A stretch of DNA of 64,000 nt from NCBI GenBank assembly GCA_018653315.1, contig JABIAL010000007.1:11348-75347 (forward strand), given 5' to 3'. The notes below the pieces were generated by a model. It saw nothing but the letters and a program-made list of their open reading frames with translations, was not told where the DNA came from and ran no database searches. Below, piece after piece: positions 36,194 to 46,424 of the stretch. A program made the translations under genes and the position numbers. The DNA is from a bacterium (lineage in GTDB: Bacteria; Patescibacteriota; Patescibacteriia; UBA1558; GWA2-36-10). Numbering within the stretch: the stretch's first letter is position 1; the number at the start of each line of letters is the position of its first letter.

Positions 36194-36522
36194 TGTGGTT
36201 ACAAATATTAGTTACTTTATTCGTAGTAATAATTTTATTTAAATTATTTAAACAGCGACAAGCGGATAAGTTATCTTTGTCTAGTTTTTTTGCTTGGTTT
36301 ATTTTGTGGTTGATTGTCTTAGTAGTTTTCTGGCAGCCAAATACTGCATCTTATCTGGCAAATTTTTTAGGCATTGGTCGAGGAGCAGATTTGATAATTT
36401 ATTTATCAGTTATTGTTATTTTTTATTTATTATTCAAAATATTTGTTCGTCTTAATAAGATAGACAAAGAAATTACTAAGATAGTCAGAGAGGATGCAAT
36501 TAAAAATGTCAAAAAAAATTAA
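36193..36522 (+). CDS. DUF2304-like membrane protein
   Basis: LGIGRGADLIIY, IDKEITKIVR. Confidence 0.85.
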   Translation: MWLQILVTLFVVIILFKLFKQRQADKLSLSSFFAWFILWLIVLVVFWQPNTASYLANFLGIGRGADLIIYLSVIVIFYLLFKIFVRLNKIDKEITKIVREDAIKNVKKN

Positions 36523-37558
36523 AGTAATAATAATAATACCCAGTTTTAATGGTCAAAATTATTTGCAAGACCTATTACCGGATTTAGTGTCTGATGAATA
36601 TCAAGATTTTGATCTTGATGTTTTGGTAGTAGACAATAATTCTAGCGATGATTCAGTAGCTTATATTAGAGATAATTTTAGCCAAGTCAAAGTTATAGTA
36701 AATAAAAAAAATACTGGCTATGTTGGCGCTAATAATATTGCTTATCAATACGCCAAAGAGCATAAGGCTGATTTTATTTATCTTTTAAATCAAGATACAG
36801 AGATTAGTAAGGGATTTTTACAACCTCTTTATGATTTTGCCAAAAATAATAAATTTGGTAGTTTGCAATCCAAGCTTTTATTAAGTCCAGATAAAAATAA
36901 AATAAACTCATTGGGTAATGTTATTCATTTTTTAGGTTTTGGTTATAGTAGTCATTGCGGAGAAGAGGATAATGAAAAACAAAAAATTACTACTATCAAT
37001 TATTCTTCTGGAGCAGCAGTTTTTATTTCCATGGAAGCATTATCACGTCTAGAAAATCTGTTTGATGAAACTATGTTTATGTATTTAGAGGATTTGGATT
37101 TAGGATGGACATTACAATTATTGGGGTATCAAAATTATTTGATTCCAGATAGCGTGATTTATCATAAATATGAATTTGATCGCAGTATCAAGCAAGTGTA
37201 CTGGTTTGAACGTAATCGTTTATGGGTGATGCTAAAAAATTATAAGTTAGTTACTTTATTATTTTTATTTCCAGCAGGAGTTTTGATGGAGATTGCTCAA
37301 TTGTTTTATGCTTGGCAACATAAATATTTGAAGCAGAAACTAAAATCCTATAGCTGGTTATTCTCTCTGTCACAATGGAAAATATTAAGACAAAAAAGAA
37401 AATTTATCCAACAACATCGAGTAACTAATGACCGTTTTATTTTAAAACAATTTTCTGGTAAAATACTATTTCAACCTTTAGAATCACAATCTTTAAAAAT
37501 AGCTAACGAAATTTTTGATTTATATTTTAAAATTATTAGATTGTTTATTTTTTGGTAA
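36506..37558 (+). CDS. GT2 glycosyltransferase
   Basis: VDNNSSD, LLNQDT, FMYLEDLDL. Confidence 0.9.
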   Translation: MSKKIKVIIIIPSFNGQNYLQDLLPDLVSDEYQDFDLDVLVVDNNSSDDSVAYIRDNFSQVKVIVNKKNTGYVGANNIAYQYAKEHKADFIYLLNQDTEISKGFLQPLYDFAKNNKFGSLQSKLLLSPDKNKINSLGNVIHFLGFGYSSHCGEEDNEKQKITTINYSSGAAVFISMEALSRLENLFDETMFMYLEDLDLGWTLQLLGYQNYLIPDSVIYHKYEFDRSIKQVYWFERNRLWVMLKNYKLVTLLFLFPAGVLMEIAQLFYAWQHKYLKQKLKSYSWLFSLSQWKILRQKRKFIQQHRVTNDRFILKQFSGKILFQPLESQSLKIANEIFDLYFKIIRLFIFW

Positions 37559-37584
37559 ACATTCTACAAATTCAGGATAATGAT

Positions 37585-38727
37585 ATGAAAATAGCAGAAG
37601 TTACATCTACTTTTCCACCATATAAAGCCGGCATTGGCAATGTTGCCTATCATAATGCTTGGTCTTTAGCTGCCTTGGGACATGAAGTGACAGTTTTTAC
37701 ACCACACTATAAAAAAATTAAGAGCACCGAGGAATTACCTTTTACAGTAAAACGTTTACGTCCTTGGTTTAAATATGGCAATGCCGGTATTTTGCCGCAG
37801 CTTTGGTGGCATTTACCTAAATTTGATGTCATTCATTTGCATTATCCATTTTTTGGTGGCGCAGAAACTATTTATTTTTTGGATAAAATAAAAGATATTA
37901 AATTAATAGTTACTTATCATATGGACGTGGTAGGTACTGGTTTAGTGGCCAAGTTTTTTCGTTGGCATACACAATACGTTTTACCAAAAATTTTGGATAG
38001 GGCAGATAAAATTATTGTTACCTCCAAAGATTATGCTCAGAGATCAAACTTGCAAGAACGTTTAAAAATAGAGCCAGAAAAATTTTTTGAGATTCCTTGT
38101 GGGGTTAATCATTTTTTATTCAAGCCTCGACCAAAAGATAAAGAGTTGATGAAAAAATACGATCTTTATGGTAAAAAGGTTATTTTATTTGTCGGTGGTT
38201 TAGATAAGGCTCATTATTTTAAAGGGATCAATATTTTGATTCAAGCCATGCAAAATTTTTCTGATAGCGATAAAGTACGTTGTTTGATTGTCGGTGATGG
38301 TGAGTTAAGAAGTAGTTATCAAAGTTTAGCCGATAGTTTTGGCTTGGGTAAAAAGCTAATTTTTGCTGGCTTTATCGAGGATAATATGTTGCCAAAATTT
38401 TATAATTTAGCCGATATGTTTGTCTTGCCATCTATTGATAAATCGGAAGCTTTTGGTATTGTGGCTTTAGAAGCTATGGCCTCAGGTGTCCCAGTGGTTG
38501 CTTCAGATTTACCAGGCGTACGTTCGGTAGTTGATAAAAAGAAAACAGGATTACTGGTCAAACCAGGTAGTGTAGATAATTTAGTACAGATGCTAGAATA
38601 TTTATTGAGTAATTCTAAAATAGCCAAACAATATGGACAAAATGGCAGGAAGAAGGTATTAGAAAAATATACATGGGATTCAGTTGGCTATAAGTTAGAG
38701 AATGTTATTAAAAGTTGTTGCAAATGA
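37585..38727 (+). CDS. GT4 glycosyltransferase
   Basis: EAFGIVALEAMASGVPVV. Confidence 0.92.
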   Translation: MKIAEVTSTFPPYKAGIGNVAYHNAWSLAALGHEVTVFTPHYKKIKSTEELPFTVKRLRPWFKYGNAGILPQLWWHLPKFDVIHLHYPFFGGAETIYFLDKIKDIKLIVTYHMDVVGTGLVAKFFRWHTQYVLPKILDRADKIIVTSKDYAQRSNLQERLKIEPEKFFEIPCGVNHFLFKPRPKDKELMKKYDLYGKKVILFVGGLDKAHYFKGINILIQAMQNFSDSDKVRCLIVGDGELRSSYQSLADSFGLGKKLIFAGFIEDNMLPKFYNLADMFVLPSIDKSEAFGIVALEAMASGVPVVASDLPGVRSVVDKKKTGLLVKPGSVDNLVQMLEYLLSNSKIAKQYGQNGRKKVLEKYTWDSVGYKLENVIKSCCK

Positions 38728-39923
38728 AAATAGGAATTATATCCAATTTATACCCACCTTTAATTCGAGGTGGTGCAGAAGTAATAGCTGCTTTAGAAGC
38801 ACAAGGCTTAAAGGATGCTTGGCAGCATGTTTTTGTTATTAGCTCCAGACCTTATAATGGATTAAAGTCTTTGGCAATTAGTAAAAATGGCGATGCTGAT
38901 ATACCAGTTTATCGTTTTTATCCTTTGAATATTTATCATTATCTAAATGATTTTCGTTTTCCTGGATTTATTCGTTTACTCTGGCATCTTTTTGATAGTT
39001 TCAATATTTTTTCTTATTTTAAAATCAAAAAAATATTGTTAAAAGAAAAACCGGATGTGGTTATTACTCATAATATAATGGGTCTGGGGTTTTTAACTCC
39101 TGTATTATTACGTAGGTTAAAAATTAAACATATTCACACTTTGCATGATGTGCAATTAGCTACACCTTCTGGTTTAATTGTTTTTGGTCAAGAAAATTCT
39201 TGGCAGCATAAAATATTTAAATTTTTGGGCTATGTAAAATTGATGCGTTATTTATGGCAATCACCAGACATAGTTATTGCGCCTTCTCGTTTCTTATTAA
39301 ATTATTATAAAGATTTAGGATTTTTTAGTAAATCAAAACAAGTGGTTGTGCCAAATCCAGTCAAGAAATTATTTAAATTAAATAAGAAAGAAAGTTATAA
39401 TTTAGAATTATTATATTTAGGGCAGATTCATAAAGCCAAAGGTATCTTAGAATTAATTAAGACTGTTAAGTCTTTGAGTATATCATCATTGCGTTTAAGT
39501 ATTATTGGTGTTGGGCCAGATTTGGCGGAAGCAAAAAAAATAGCAGCTAAAGATAAGCGCATTAAATTTTATGGTTGGTTACAGCATAATGAAATGGTGC
39601 CAATAATTTCTAAAATGGATATTTTAGTTGTACCATCTTTGTGCTATGAAAATTCACCAACAGTTATTTATGAAATTTTAGCTTTGGGCTTACCGGTATT
39701 GGCAGCTAATATTGGCGGTGTGGCAGAACTTATTAGCGAAGGAAAAAATGGTTGGACATATCCTGCTGGTGATTTTAAAACCTTAAGTAAAAAAATTACC
39801 AGTATTCATAGACAACGAGATAAATTGGGTAACTTAGCTGATAATTGTCATCGTAGTGTTGGGCCATATTTATTAGAAAAATATATAGAGAAAGTTTTAG
39901 ATTTAGCCAATTCACCCCGTTAG
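38724..39923 (+). CDS. GT4 glycosyltransferase
   Basis: GGAEVIA, ENSPTVIYEILALGLPV. Confidence 0.9.
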   Translation: MKIGIISNLYPPLIRGGAEVIAALEAQGLKDAWQHVFVISSRPYNGLKSLAISKNGDADIPVYRFYPLNIYHYLNDFRFPGFIRLLWHLFDSFNIFSYFKIKKILLKEKPDVVITHNIMGLGFLTPVLLRRLKIKHIHTLHDVQLATPSGLIVFGQENSWQHKIFKFLGYVKLMRYLWQSPDIVIAPSRFLLNYYKDLGFFSKSKQVVVPNPVKKLFKLNKKESYNLELLYLGQIHKAKGILELIKTVKSLSISSLRLSIIGVGPDLAEAKKIAAKDKRIKFYGWLQHNEMVPIISKMDILVVPSLCYENSPTVIYEILALGLPVLAANIGGVAELISEGKNGWTYPAGDFKTLSKKITSIHRQRDKLGNLADNCHRSVGPYLLEKYIEKVLDLANSPR

Positions 39924-40005
39924 ATAATTTATGGGGCATATGTAGAAGAAAAAAATAAAATATTTGTGTATGAAATTTATAATTACTAATATCTAACGGG
40001 GTGAA
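39911..40005. mobile_element. 95-bp MITE/REP-like element with perfect 16-bp terminal inverted repeats
   Basis: ttcaccccgttagata (39911-39926) ... tatctaacggggtgaa (39990-40005). Confidence 0.7.
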
Positions 40006-41623
40006 ACAGAATAAATATTCTTTAATAGTATTGTTAGGCTGTATTATCTTCTTTTTTGTTTATAGTTTTACTAGCCTAACAGTTTGGTGGCCAAAATTTT
40101 TGGAGATTGGTCATCTAATTTTTAATTGGCCAGATGCTAATGCTAATTATTTTTTTAGTCAACTTTTTGCAAGTCAAGGACAATTTTCTATTTTAGAAGT
40201 TTTTAATCATTTTACGGATAATTTATTACATACTCGTAGCATTAATGTTATAAATGGCTTCTTGGTGCCGATGACTTTTTTGTGGCCAATAATTATTTTT
40301 GGTTCAATTTTTAAGGTTTTCGGTGGAGGATTGGTCTTGTTTTTTACACCATTATTAGCCAGCCTGACAGTCTTTATTTTGTATAAATTGTTTGGTCATA
40401 TTTTTTATGATCAAAAGATTGCTTTTATTACAGCGCTATTACTACTTCCTTTAGGGCCGTGGTTATTTTTTGCTAATGTAGTGATGTTACCAACTATATT
40501 ATTTATTTTTTTACTTAGCAGTGGTTTATTAGCATTAGTTGTTAGTATTAAAAATAATTCTAATCTTACATTTTTATTAGCTAGTTTATTAGTAATTTTG
40601 TCTTTATTTGTTAGGCCAACAGAATTTATTTGGGTAATAGTAATGCTTGCTCTTTTATATTATTTTAATTATAAAAAAATAAGCCATGCTAGATTAGCTA
40701 TTTTTATACTAATATTATTTATTTTTGCTTTTTTAACTTTATGGTTAAACAAATCAGTTTATGCTGGTTGGTTTAATTTTGGCTATCTAAATTTGCAAGC
40801 TAATTCTTTTACTACCGAAGTAGGAAGTCAAGAAAATAATATTTGGACTTGGTTTAAATTATTTATTTTACCTTTCGGTTGGAATACTAAAGTTTTTATA
40901 TTAAATATTTGGGAATATTTTATTAAAATTTTATGGCCTTATTGGCTATTAATTATCGCCGCTAGCTTCTTATTTTTTAGAAAAATTAAAACTAATAAAA
41001 TTTGGCGTCAATATTTTATTACTGCTAAAATAGTTGGAATATTATTATTGATTTATTATGCAAGTTGGGATTTAATTGATCCATTGGTCAAACAATATAA
41101 CACTGTTAGTATTTCTTATGTTAGATATTTTTTGCCTTTATATATTTTAGCCATGCCTATTGTAGCCTTAGCTCTTCAATCTTTATTTAATTTCAAAAAT
41201 AAAAAACAAGCCATTATTATTAAAACAGGCATAATAATTATTTTAAGTATTTTTTCTTTGCAGCTAGCTTTTCTGAGTCCTCATGACGGTTTGAAAAAAA
41301 ACAGAGAGACATTGTTAAATTATTATGATCAGTTTGATAAAGTACAAAAAATAGTGCCAGCTAATTCTGTAATCTTAACTGAGCGTAGTGATAAATTATT
41401 TTTTCCTTATTATAAAGTGATTGTGCCACAAGGAGATTTACCTTTATGGCCTCGGCTTGAGCGATTAGCTGTTGCAACTGATATTTTTTATTACTCTAGT
41501 TTGTCAGAAGAAAAAATAAAAGATGTACAGACAGAAGCAGCAGAATATAATTTGGATATTATTAGACTAGCTGAAATTAATCAGGATTTTAATTTATTTA
41601 AAATACAATTAATCAATAATTAA
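40001..41623 (+). CDS. Polytopic membrane protein, GT-C-like
   Basis: WPDANANY, many TM, YVRYFLP; GTG start lies inside the inverted repeat. Confidence 0.75.
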   Translation: MKQNKYSLIVLLGCIIFFFVYSFTSLTVWWPKFLEIGHLIFNWPDANANYFFSQLFASQGQFSILEVFNHFTDNLLHTRSINVINGFLVPMTFLWPIIIFGSIFKVFGGGLVLFFTPLLASLTVFILYKLFGHIFYDQKIAFITALLLLPLGPWLFFANVVMLPTILFIFLLSSGLLALVVSIKNNSNLTFLLASLLVILSLFVRPTEFIWVIVMLALLYYFNYKKISHARLAIFILILFIFAFLTLWLNKSVYAGWFNFGYLNLQANSFTTEVGSQENNIWTWFKLFILPFGWNTKVFILNIWEYFIKILWPYWLLIIAASFLFFRKIKTNKIWRQYFITAKIVGILLLIYYASWDLIDPLVKQYNTVSISYVRYFLPLYILAMPIVALALQSLFNFKNKKQAIIIKTGIIIILSIFSLQLAFLSPHDGLKKNRETLLNYYDQFDKVQKIVPANSVILTERSDKLFFPYYKVIVPQGDLPLWPRLERLAVATDIFYYSSLSEEKIKDVQTEAAEYNLDIIRLAEINQDFNLFKIQLINN

Positions 41624-41641
41624 TTAGCTAATAAAAAATAT

Positions 41642-42046
41642 ATGGATTGTCTTTTTTGTAAAATCATAAATAAAGAATTGCCAGCAAAAATTATTTATGA
41701 AGATGAAAAGTATTTAGCATTTTTGGACATCAATCCAATTACTGCTGGACATACATTACTTATTCTAAAAGATCATGTTGATAATTTTACGCATTTATCT
41801 GATCAACAAGCAGCTGATTTAGCTAGTATGATTCATAAAATAGCGCCGAAAATAATTGAGATTTTAGGAGCTGATGCTTATAATTTAGGAATTAATAATG
41901 GCGCGGCTGCTGGGCAGATTATCGATCATGTTCATTGGCATATTATTCCACGTTATTCAGATGATGCTTTAGTGCATTGGTCGTGTGATAATCAAGCCAA
42001 AGAACAACTTGATAATGTATTTAGTAAATTAGAAAATAAATTATAA
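41642..42046 (+). CDS. HIT family nucleotide hydrolase
   Basis: CLFCKI, GHTLLI, HVHWHIIPR. Confidence 0.95.
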   Translation: MDCLFCKIINKELPAKIIYEDEKYLAFLDINPITAGHTLLILKDHVDNFTHLSDQQAADLASMIHKIAPKIIEILGADAYNLGINNGAAAGQIIDHVHWHIIPRYSDDALVHWSCDNQAKEQLDNVFSKLENKL

Positions 42047-42047
42047 T

Positions 42048-43013
42048 ATGAACTTATTAGTGACAGGTGGAGCTGGGTTTATTGGTTCAAATTTTATTTA
42101 TTACATTTTAGATAAATATCCAGAATATAAAATTATAAATTTAGATCTCTTAACTTACGCCGGAAATTTAGATAATTTAAAAAAACTACCAAAAGAGGCA
42201 AATCATAAATTTGTAAAAGGGGATATAAATGATTATGATTTGGTATCAAAAATTATTCAAGAAAATGATATTGACATGATTGTTCATTTTGCAGCCGAGT
42301 CTCATGTTGATAGATCAATTCAAGATCCGGATGTTTTTTTAAAGACTAATATTTTAGGAACTAGTACTTTGTTGAGAGCGGCTAAAGAAAATGGTAATAT
42401 TAGATTTCATCATATTTCTACTGATGAGGTTTATGGTAGCCTGGGCAAGACAGGTATTTTTACTGAAGACACAGCTTATGATCCTCGTAGTCCATATAGT
42501 GCTTCCAAGGCAGCTTCTGATCATTTAGTTCGTTCGTATTATCATACTTTTGCTTTACCGATTACGATTTCCAATTGCTCTAATAATTATGGGCCATATC
42601 AATTTCCAGAAAAATTAATTCCTTTGTTGGTTACTAATTTATTGCAAGATAAAAAAATTCCAATTTATGGTAAAGGAGAAAATATCAGAGACTGGATTCA
42701 TGTTTCTGATCATTGTCGGGCTATCGATTTGATTTTACATAAAGGTAAAATAGGGGAAACATATTGTGTTGGTGGAGAAAATGAAATGCATAATATAGAT
42801 ATAGCAAAGATGATTTTGCAAATTATGCATAAGAATGAAGAGATGATAGAGTATGTTCAAGATAGGCTTGGACATGATTATAGATACGCAATTAGTAACA
42901 AAAAAATAAACAAAGAATTAAACTGGAAACCAAAAATTGATTTTTCTACTGGACTTACTAATACAGTAGAGTGGTATAAAAATAATACTAATTGGTGGAA
43001 AAAATTAAAATAA
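42048..43013 (+). CDS. rfbB: dTDP-glucose 4,6-dehydratase
   Basis: HFAAESHVDRSI, HISTDEVYG, YSASKA, NNYGPYQFPEK. Confidence 0.96.
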   Translation: MNLLVTGGAGFIGSNFIYYILDKYPEYKIINLDLLTYAGNLDNLKKLPKEANHKFVKGDINDYDLVSKIIQENDIDMIVHFAAESHVDRSIQDPDVFLKTNILGTSTLLRAAKENGNIRFHHISTDEVYGSLGKTGIFTEDTAYDPRSPYSASKAASDHLVRSYYHTFALPITISNCSNNYGPYQFPEKLIPLLVTNLLQDKKIPIYGKGENIRDWIHVSDHCRAIDLILHKGKIGETYCVGGENEMHNIDIAKMILQIMHKNEEMIEYVQDRLGHDYRYAISNKKINKELNWKPKIDFSTGLTNTVEWYKNNTNWWKKLK

Positions 43014-43019
43014 TAAATT

Positions 43020-43748
43020 ATGAAGGGAATTATTTTAGCTGGCGGAGCCGGCACTAGACTTCATCCATTGACCAAAGTGACAAGTAAACAATTATTGCCT
43101 GTTTATGATCGGCCAATGATTTATTATCCTCTGGAAACCTTGATTAACGCTGGCATCAAAGAAATTTTGATTATTTCTGATCCAGTTAATATTGATAATT
43201 TTATAAAATTATTAGGTGATGGAAAAGATTTTGATATCACTATCACTTATAAAGTACAGGAAAAACCTGAGGGTTTAGCTCAGGCCTTTATAATTGCTGA
43301 GGACTTTATTGGCAATGATAATGTAACGATGATATTGGGCGATAATATTTTTATTGGGCAAGATGATGTATTAAAAAAAGCGGTTACTTCATTTAAAACT
43401 GGCGGTAAAATATTTGTAAAACAAGTGCCTGATCCACAGCGATTTGGGATAGCAGAATTTGATTCTGGCGGCCAAGTTATTAGTATAGAAGAAAAACCAG
43501 AATCCCCAAAAAGTGATTTTGCGGTTACTGGTTTATATATTTATGATTCAAGTGTAGTAAAAAGAGCTAAGGCTATTCAACCATCAGCTCGTGGTGAGTT
43601 AGAAATTACAGATGTGAATAATTTGTATTTAGCTGATAAACAACTAGACGTTGTTAGATATGAGGGATTTTGGCTAGACACTGGTACATTTGACACTTTA
43701 CTAGAAGCGGCTAATAAAGTCGCTGAATTAAGAAAGAATAAAATTTAA
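43020..43748 (+). CDS. rfbA: Glucose-1-phosphate thymidylyltransferase (short form)
   Basis: [35 protein letters not shown]. Confidence 0.93.
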   Translation: MKGIILAGGAGTRLHPLTKVTSKQLLPVYDRPMIYYPLETLINAGIKEILIISDPVNIDNFIKLLGDGKDFDITITYKVQEKPEGLAQAFIIAEDFIGNDNVTMILGDNIFIGQDDVLKKAVTSFKTGGKIFVKQVPDPQRFGIAEFDSGGQVISIEEKPESPKSDFAVTGLYIYDSSVVKRAKAIQPSARGELEITDVNNLYLADKQLDVVRYEGFWLDTGTFDTLLEAANKVAELRKNKI

Positions 43749-43752
43749 ACTT

Positions 43753-43974
43753 ATGGATAAATTAAATAAAATTTTAGATAAAATTCGTCCTAGCTTACAG
43801 GCTGACGGAGGAGATATAAAATTAGTAAGCTATGATAAAGCTAAAGGGATAGTAGAAGTGGAATTACAAGGTGCCTGTAAAGGTTGCCCAATGGCTCAAT
43901 TTACTTTACAAGGATTAGTAGAGCAGGAAATAAAAAAAGAACTTCCTGAGGTTAAGGAAGTTCGAGCGGTTTAA
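43753..43974 (+). CDS. NifU/Nfu C-terminal domain Fe-S carrier
   Basis: IRPSLQADGGDI, GACKGCP. Confidence 0.92.
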   Translation: MDKLNKILDKIRPSLQADGGDIKLVSYDKAKGIVEVELQGACKGCPMAQFTLQGLVEQEIKKELPEVKEVRAV

Positions 43975-43980
43975 TTTTCT

Positions 43981-44847
43981 TTAAGCAATTTTAAATTTGT
44001 CGTCTTTTTGGACAATGGTGATTTTCAATACATTTTGTAAAATATAAGGATCAATGCCCCAATTAATTAAACACTCTAGGCCATTTTTTAAGTCACTATT
44101 TGGTAAATAAGCAATAACTAATTGATCGGTCATAGCAGCATTAATTGTAGATTTAGCTATTCGTGGACCAGTAATTTTTGATATCATTATTACATCTGGC
44201 TGGTGACGGAGTAATTTTTCTAAATGTTGGCAAACCTCATCGTCTTGCCAATTTTTTAATTGCTGTTGATGGATGCCAGGTAAAGGGCGCTCGATGAAAT
44301 CTTCTAAAGTAAAGATATCTAGGTGTTCATTATCTATTTGTTCTAATAAAGCATAAAGAATTTTATCTTTGTCTAATAATTTTATTTGAGTTAATAAAAT
44401 AAGCCCGTTTTTTTGTTTTAGAGTTTTTTGCATTTGCTCAAAATCTTTTTTACTAAGGGCTAACTTATTTAGCTTGTTATCATCCAAAATTTTGATCGTG
44501 ATTTTGTTACCTTGAAATTTTGGCCAAAAGCTAACAATTAGATTTTTATCAATTTTGCCAATTTTTATTTTAAATCGTCCTTCTTGCGGTAAATTTTGAT
44601 TATCTGAAAGATTAGCTAGTTTTTTTAGATGTACATCCAGGATATTTATCCAGGCTACTGGTAAATCTTTAATTTTTTGTAAGTGGCTAGCAATACGATA
44701 ACGTAAATTTAATTGATTATTATCATTTTCCAAATGAATACTGCTGGCTTGATTTTTTATAGCATCATTTAATAATGTATCTAAGATATTTTTAGCGGAT
44801 GATGATTTAGATTTTATCAAAGAGCTAAGGCTAACATTTTTATTCAT
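43981..44847 (-). CDS. GspE/PilB-like protein with degenerate Walker A/B
   Basis: ASSIHLE, LPQEGRF, TLEDFIE, LLRHQPDVIM; Walker A position reads TQIKLLDKDK. Confidence 0.8.
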   Translation of the reverse strand: MNKNVSLSSLIKSKSSSAKNILDTLLNDAIKNQASSIHLENDNNQLNLRYRIASHLQKIKDLPVAWINILDVHLKKLANLSDNQNLPQEGRFKIKIGKIDKNLIVSFWPKFQGNKITIKILDDNKLNKLALSKKDFEQMQKTLKQKNGLILLTQIKLLDKDKILYALLEQIDNEHLDIFTLEDFIERPLPGIHQQQLKNWQDDEVCQHLEKLLRHQPDVIMISKITGPRIAKSTINAAMTDQLVIAYLPNSDLKNGLECLINWGIDPYILQNVLKITIVQKDDKFKIA

Positions 44848-45009
44848 AGTTTTATATTATCTAGTCTAATAAGTATATTATACTTCTGTTTGTAAAATAT
44901 TACCACCCAATTTCAATTTAGACCTTTGTTTAGCTTATAAAATGGTATAATATTTTTGTTTTTTGGAGGATAGATTTTTTAAACAAAATATGTTAAAATA
45001 AGAATAAAT

Positions 45010-45369
45010 ATGCTGAAATTAAATAAATTTAAGGTTTTTTATAAAGACCGATTAAATTTTTGGCTGATAAATATTACAATGCTATTGGTGGTGGCCAGTT
45101 GGCTGGTATTTTTATTTAAACCATTAAAAGCTAGCCCTTTGGCTATTTTGCATTATAATATTTATTTTGGTTTTGATGTAGTTGGTAATTGGGTTTGGTT
45201 AATTTTGATTCCAGTTATTGTATTAGTATTGTCTTTGATTAATACATATTTAGCAGCTTATTTATGGACCAAAAAAGCTATTTGGAGTCATTTTTTATTG
45301 ACTCTAAATTTTTTGCTTAATTTTATGATTTTTATTTATCTTTTTAATATTTTAAATTACAACTTATGA
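45010..45369 (+). CDS. Hypothetical 3-TM membrane protein upstream of mraY
   Basis: LHYNIYFGFD motif. Confidence 0.75.
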   Translation: MLKLNKFKVFYKDRLNFWLINITMLLVVASWLVFLFKPLKASPLAILHYNIYFGFDVVGNWVWLILIPVIVLVLSLINTYLAAYLWTKKAIWSHFLLTLNFLLNFMIFIYLFNILNYNL

Positions 45370-46424
45370 TGCCCATCAACTTCATGGTTATTAAAATTTT
45401 AAGTCTTTCGGCGATTGCTTTTATTGTGGCTATTTTATGGACGCCAGCTTTGACACATTTTTTGTATAAATATCGTTTGGGTAAAAATATACGTAATTCT
45501 GGTAATACACCAATATTTTCTAAATTGCATGAAAAAAAATCTGGCACACCAACTATGGGCGGAGTATTGATTTGGTTGACTACTTTAGTTTTAGCTTTAG
45601 TTTTTTTCTGGATAGCTAAAATTTGGCCAAATTCTATTTTAGCGGGTTTTAATTTTTTAACTCGACCAGAAACTTATTTACCATTAGGTGCTTTGGTGGC
45701 TTCAGCTATAGTCGGTTTATTAGACGATTGGTTTAATGTTACACGTCAGGGTGGAGGTAAAGGAGGCGGCTTGACCATTAGACATCGTTTATTAATTTAT
45801 ACTTTAATTGCTTTATTTGGTGCTTGGTGGTTTTATTTCAAATTAGATTGGGATGTTGTTCGTGTACCTTTTGTTGGTTTATTTAACCTTGGTTGGTGGT
45901 TTATTCCTTTCTTTGTTTTTGTTATTGTGGCCACGGCTTTTTCAGTTAATGAAGCAGATGGTTTAGATGGTTTAGCTGGCGGTATTGTCTTAGCTGCTTT
46001 CGGGGCTTATGGTACAATTGCTTTTATGCAGGGCAGTTATAATTTAGCTGCTTTTTGTGGAGTTATTAGTGGTGGTTTATTGGCATTTCTATGGTTCAAT
46101 GTTAATCCAGCTAGATTTTTTATGGGTGACACAGGAGCGATGTCACTTGGCGTGTCCTTAGGCATTGTAGCTATGCTGACTGGCTATCCTTTGTTATTGC
46201 CGGTCATTGGTTTTTTGTTATTAGTAGAGTCACTTTCAGTAATTATTCAGATATCATCTAAAAAAATTCGTAAGAAAAAAGTATTTTTATCAGCGCCTAT
46301 TCATCATCATTTTGAGGCTAAAGGTTGGTCCGAACCAAAAATTGTAATGCGTTTTTGGATTATTGCTGGCGTGACAGCTGTTGTTGGTCTTATTTTAGCT
46401 ATTATTGACTTAGGTTTATGGTAA
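45366..46424 (+). CDS. mraY: Phospho-N-acetylmuramoyl-pentapeptide transferase
   Basis: KSGTPTMGG, DGLDGL, FMGDTG, APIHHHFE. Confidence 0.97.
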   Translation: MMPINFMVIKILSLSAIAFIVAILWTPALTHFLYKYRLGKNIRNSGNTPIFSKLHEKKSGTPTMGGVLIWLTTLVLALVFFWIAKIWPNSILAGFNFLTRPETYLPLGALVASAIVGLLDDWFNVTRQGGGKGGGLTIRHRLLIYTLIALFGAWWFYFKLDWDVVRVPFVGLFNLGWWFIPFFVFVIVATAFSVNEADGLDGLAGGIVLAAFGAYGTIAFMQGSYNLAAFCGVISGGLLAFLWFNVNPARFFMGDTGAMSLGVSLGIVAMLTGYPLLLPVIGFLLLVESLSVIIQISSKKIRKKKVFLSAPIHHHFEAKGWSEPKIVMRFWIIAGVTAVVGLILAIIDLGLW

